From Patescibacteria group bacterium (lineage in GTDB: Bacteria; Patescibacteriota; Patescibacteriia; SG8-24): a DNA stretch of 64,000 bases. The stretch spans positions 1,714 to 65,713 of the forward strand of contig JBAYFM010000008.1 of assembly GCA_041667185.1 (NCBI GenBank), in the 5' to 3' direction. Every line of letters begins with the position of its first letter. Within the stretch, counting starts at the first letter, position 1. Positions 63,201-64,000 of the stretch are shown in pieces. A program made the position numbers and the translations under genes. Below the pieces are notes generated by a model. That model searched no databases. It was given only the letters and a program-made list of their open reading frames with translations, and was not told where the DNA came from.

Positions 63201-63662
63201 TCAGCCGAAGAATAGGAGTGCTAGATGCGGGATCAGTTGCAACTGGATCCGTTCGATCAGGAATCCGAAGATGAACCACAACGGCACATAGAACGGATTG
63301 ATGTAACGGAAGATCCGCAGGCTGGATCTGAAGTATTCCCAGGGACATTGGCCGGTCAGGTTCTCGATGAACAGGCCCCAGCTGAGCTCCCAGGCATAGA
63401 TGACGATCACATAGATCGATCCGCGGATCGGCCAGGCCAGATCGAAAAATCCCGGCGTGAATTCGTTGATGATCCAGAAGCCCACGACTGTTGAGAGACC
63501 ATAGACCGGCAGGCCCCAGATCGAGGTCTTGCTGGGCAGATTCCAGTCGATTTTTTGTCGCCGGCAGGCGGCCAGGACCTGGAAGCCGATGCTTGTGAAA
63601 GCCGCTTCAATAGCCAGGGCGATCGTCGTGTAGACCAAGAGGCTCAGAAAGAAATACCTCAT
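63201..63662 (-). CDS. hypothetical multi-pass membrane protein
   Basis: Four or five hydrophobic helices. W/F/Y-rich. GGGGG SD-like motif 8 nt upstream of the start. Confidence 0.5.
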   Translation of the reverse strand: MRYFFLSLLVYTTIALAIEAAFTSIGFQVLAACRRQKIDWNLPSKTSIWGLPVYGLSTVVGFWIINEFTPGFFDLAWPIRGSIYVIVIYAWELSWGLFIENLTGQCPWEYFRSSLRIFRYINPFYVPLWFIFGFLIERIQLQLIPHLALLFFG

Positions 63663-63699
63663 CGTCTTACCCCCTATTTTGAAGATGATGTTGGCCGGT

Positions 63700-63950
63700 G
63701 AAAAGAACCCCAGCTGAATTTAGCGCAGGGGCGGGGGAGAGTCAACTCGGGGAGTTTGGGAGAGACGGAGTCGGGGAGTGCTGGAGTTCTGAAGTGCGGG
63801 AGACAGAAGGTGCTGGATTCCCGCTTTCGCGGGAATGACAATTAAAGAGAGTGCGGGAGTTAAGTCCGCTTCTTCGCTCCTTCACTTCCCCGCTCCCATA
63901 CTCCTGCGCCTGTGCCCGTTGATTTTCCGCTCAACAAGCCTTATCATGGC
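63700..63950. repeat. GGGAG-rich element cluster (instance g)
   Basis: GGGGCGGGGGAGAGTCAACTCGGGGAGTTTGGGAGAGACGGAGTCGGGGAGTGCTGGAG...GTGCGGGAGACAG...GAGAGTGCGGGAG..., then the pyrimidine complement CTCCTTCACTTCCCCGCTCCCATACTCC. Confidence 0.6.
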
Positions 63951-64000
63951 TGGGTCCAATAATCTGATGATCTATGGCTAAAAAAGCGGGAATCAAGGAT

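Noticed and set aside
1-64000. tmRNA, rRNA genes, CRISPR arrays, transposase/integrase genes
   Set aside because: I searched for the tmRNA 3' tRNA-like end (GGUUCGAnUCCC...CCUCCACCA), rRNA conserved blocks, regular repeat-spacer arrays and DDE/Y-recombinase ORFs. Only the five tRNAs, rnpB and the irregular repeat families described above were found.

Overview
This is a high-GC (about 60%) bacterial chromosomal segment, with no plasmid or phage hallmarks. Gene content fits an uncultivated, possibly Patescibacteria/CPR-like lineage: split transketolase, TrmB regulators, DUF4012, a family-5 substrate-binding protein, RNase J. That placement is inference from gene content only. Most of the window is conserved core genes. 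Housekeeping genes: ileS, trpS, uvrA, ruvA, glmS, rnhB, rnj, rplS, secG, rluD, RNase P RNA. There is a minus-strand pentose-phosphate/glycolysis cluster (fba, split transketolase, rpe, rpiB) and a cell-envelope glycan cluster (three GT4 glycosyltransferases, DUF4012, polyprenyl sugar-phosphate transferase, large surface protein). The most unusual signal is at the five intact tRNA genes (Ala-UGC, Arg-CCG, Leu-CAG, Ile-UAU, Val-GAC). At each locus (Ile without insert elements) there are adjacent partial or disrupted copies of the same tRNA, and most copies are interrupted at the 3' end of the D-loop (about position 20/21) by members of a GC-rich three-hairpin repeat family of about 90-107 nt. 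There are 8 copies of that family in 64 kb, one of them orphan at 32.1 kb. The Leu locus carries a second, related hairpin family in the D-stem and T-stem of a disrupted copy. I read this as an undescribed tRNA-gene-associated miniature element or structured-RNA system with apparent site specificity. Other notable items: a purine-rich GGGAG/GAGACGGAGTCAGGGAG intergenic inverted-repeat family (at least 7 sites, often covering 5'-UTRs and terminators); an isoleucyl-tRNA synthetase carrying an inserted histidine-phosphatase (RHG/PGAM-like) domain inside its zinc-knuckle region; an archaeal-type EndoQ-like PHP nuclease whose 5' end sits in a 3x tandem 65-bp array; a diverged duplicated gene pair of unknown function with duplicated promoter, leader and terminator; a DsbA-like CPFS oxidoreductase next to a roughly 60-cysteine repeat protein; and a kinase-fold protein with an N-terminal zinc finger. 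The long ORFs antisense to real genes are high-GC artefacts and are rejected.
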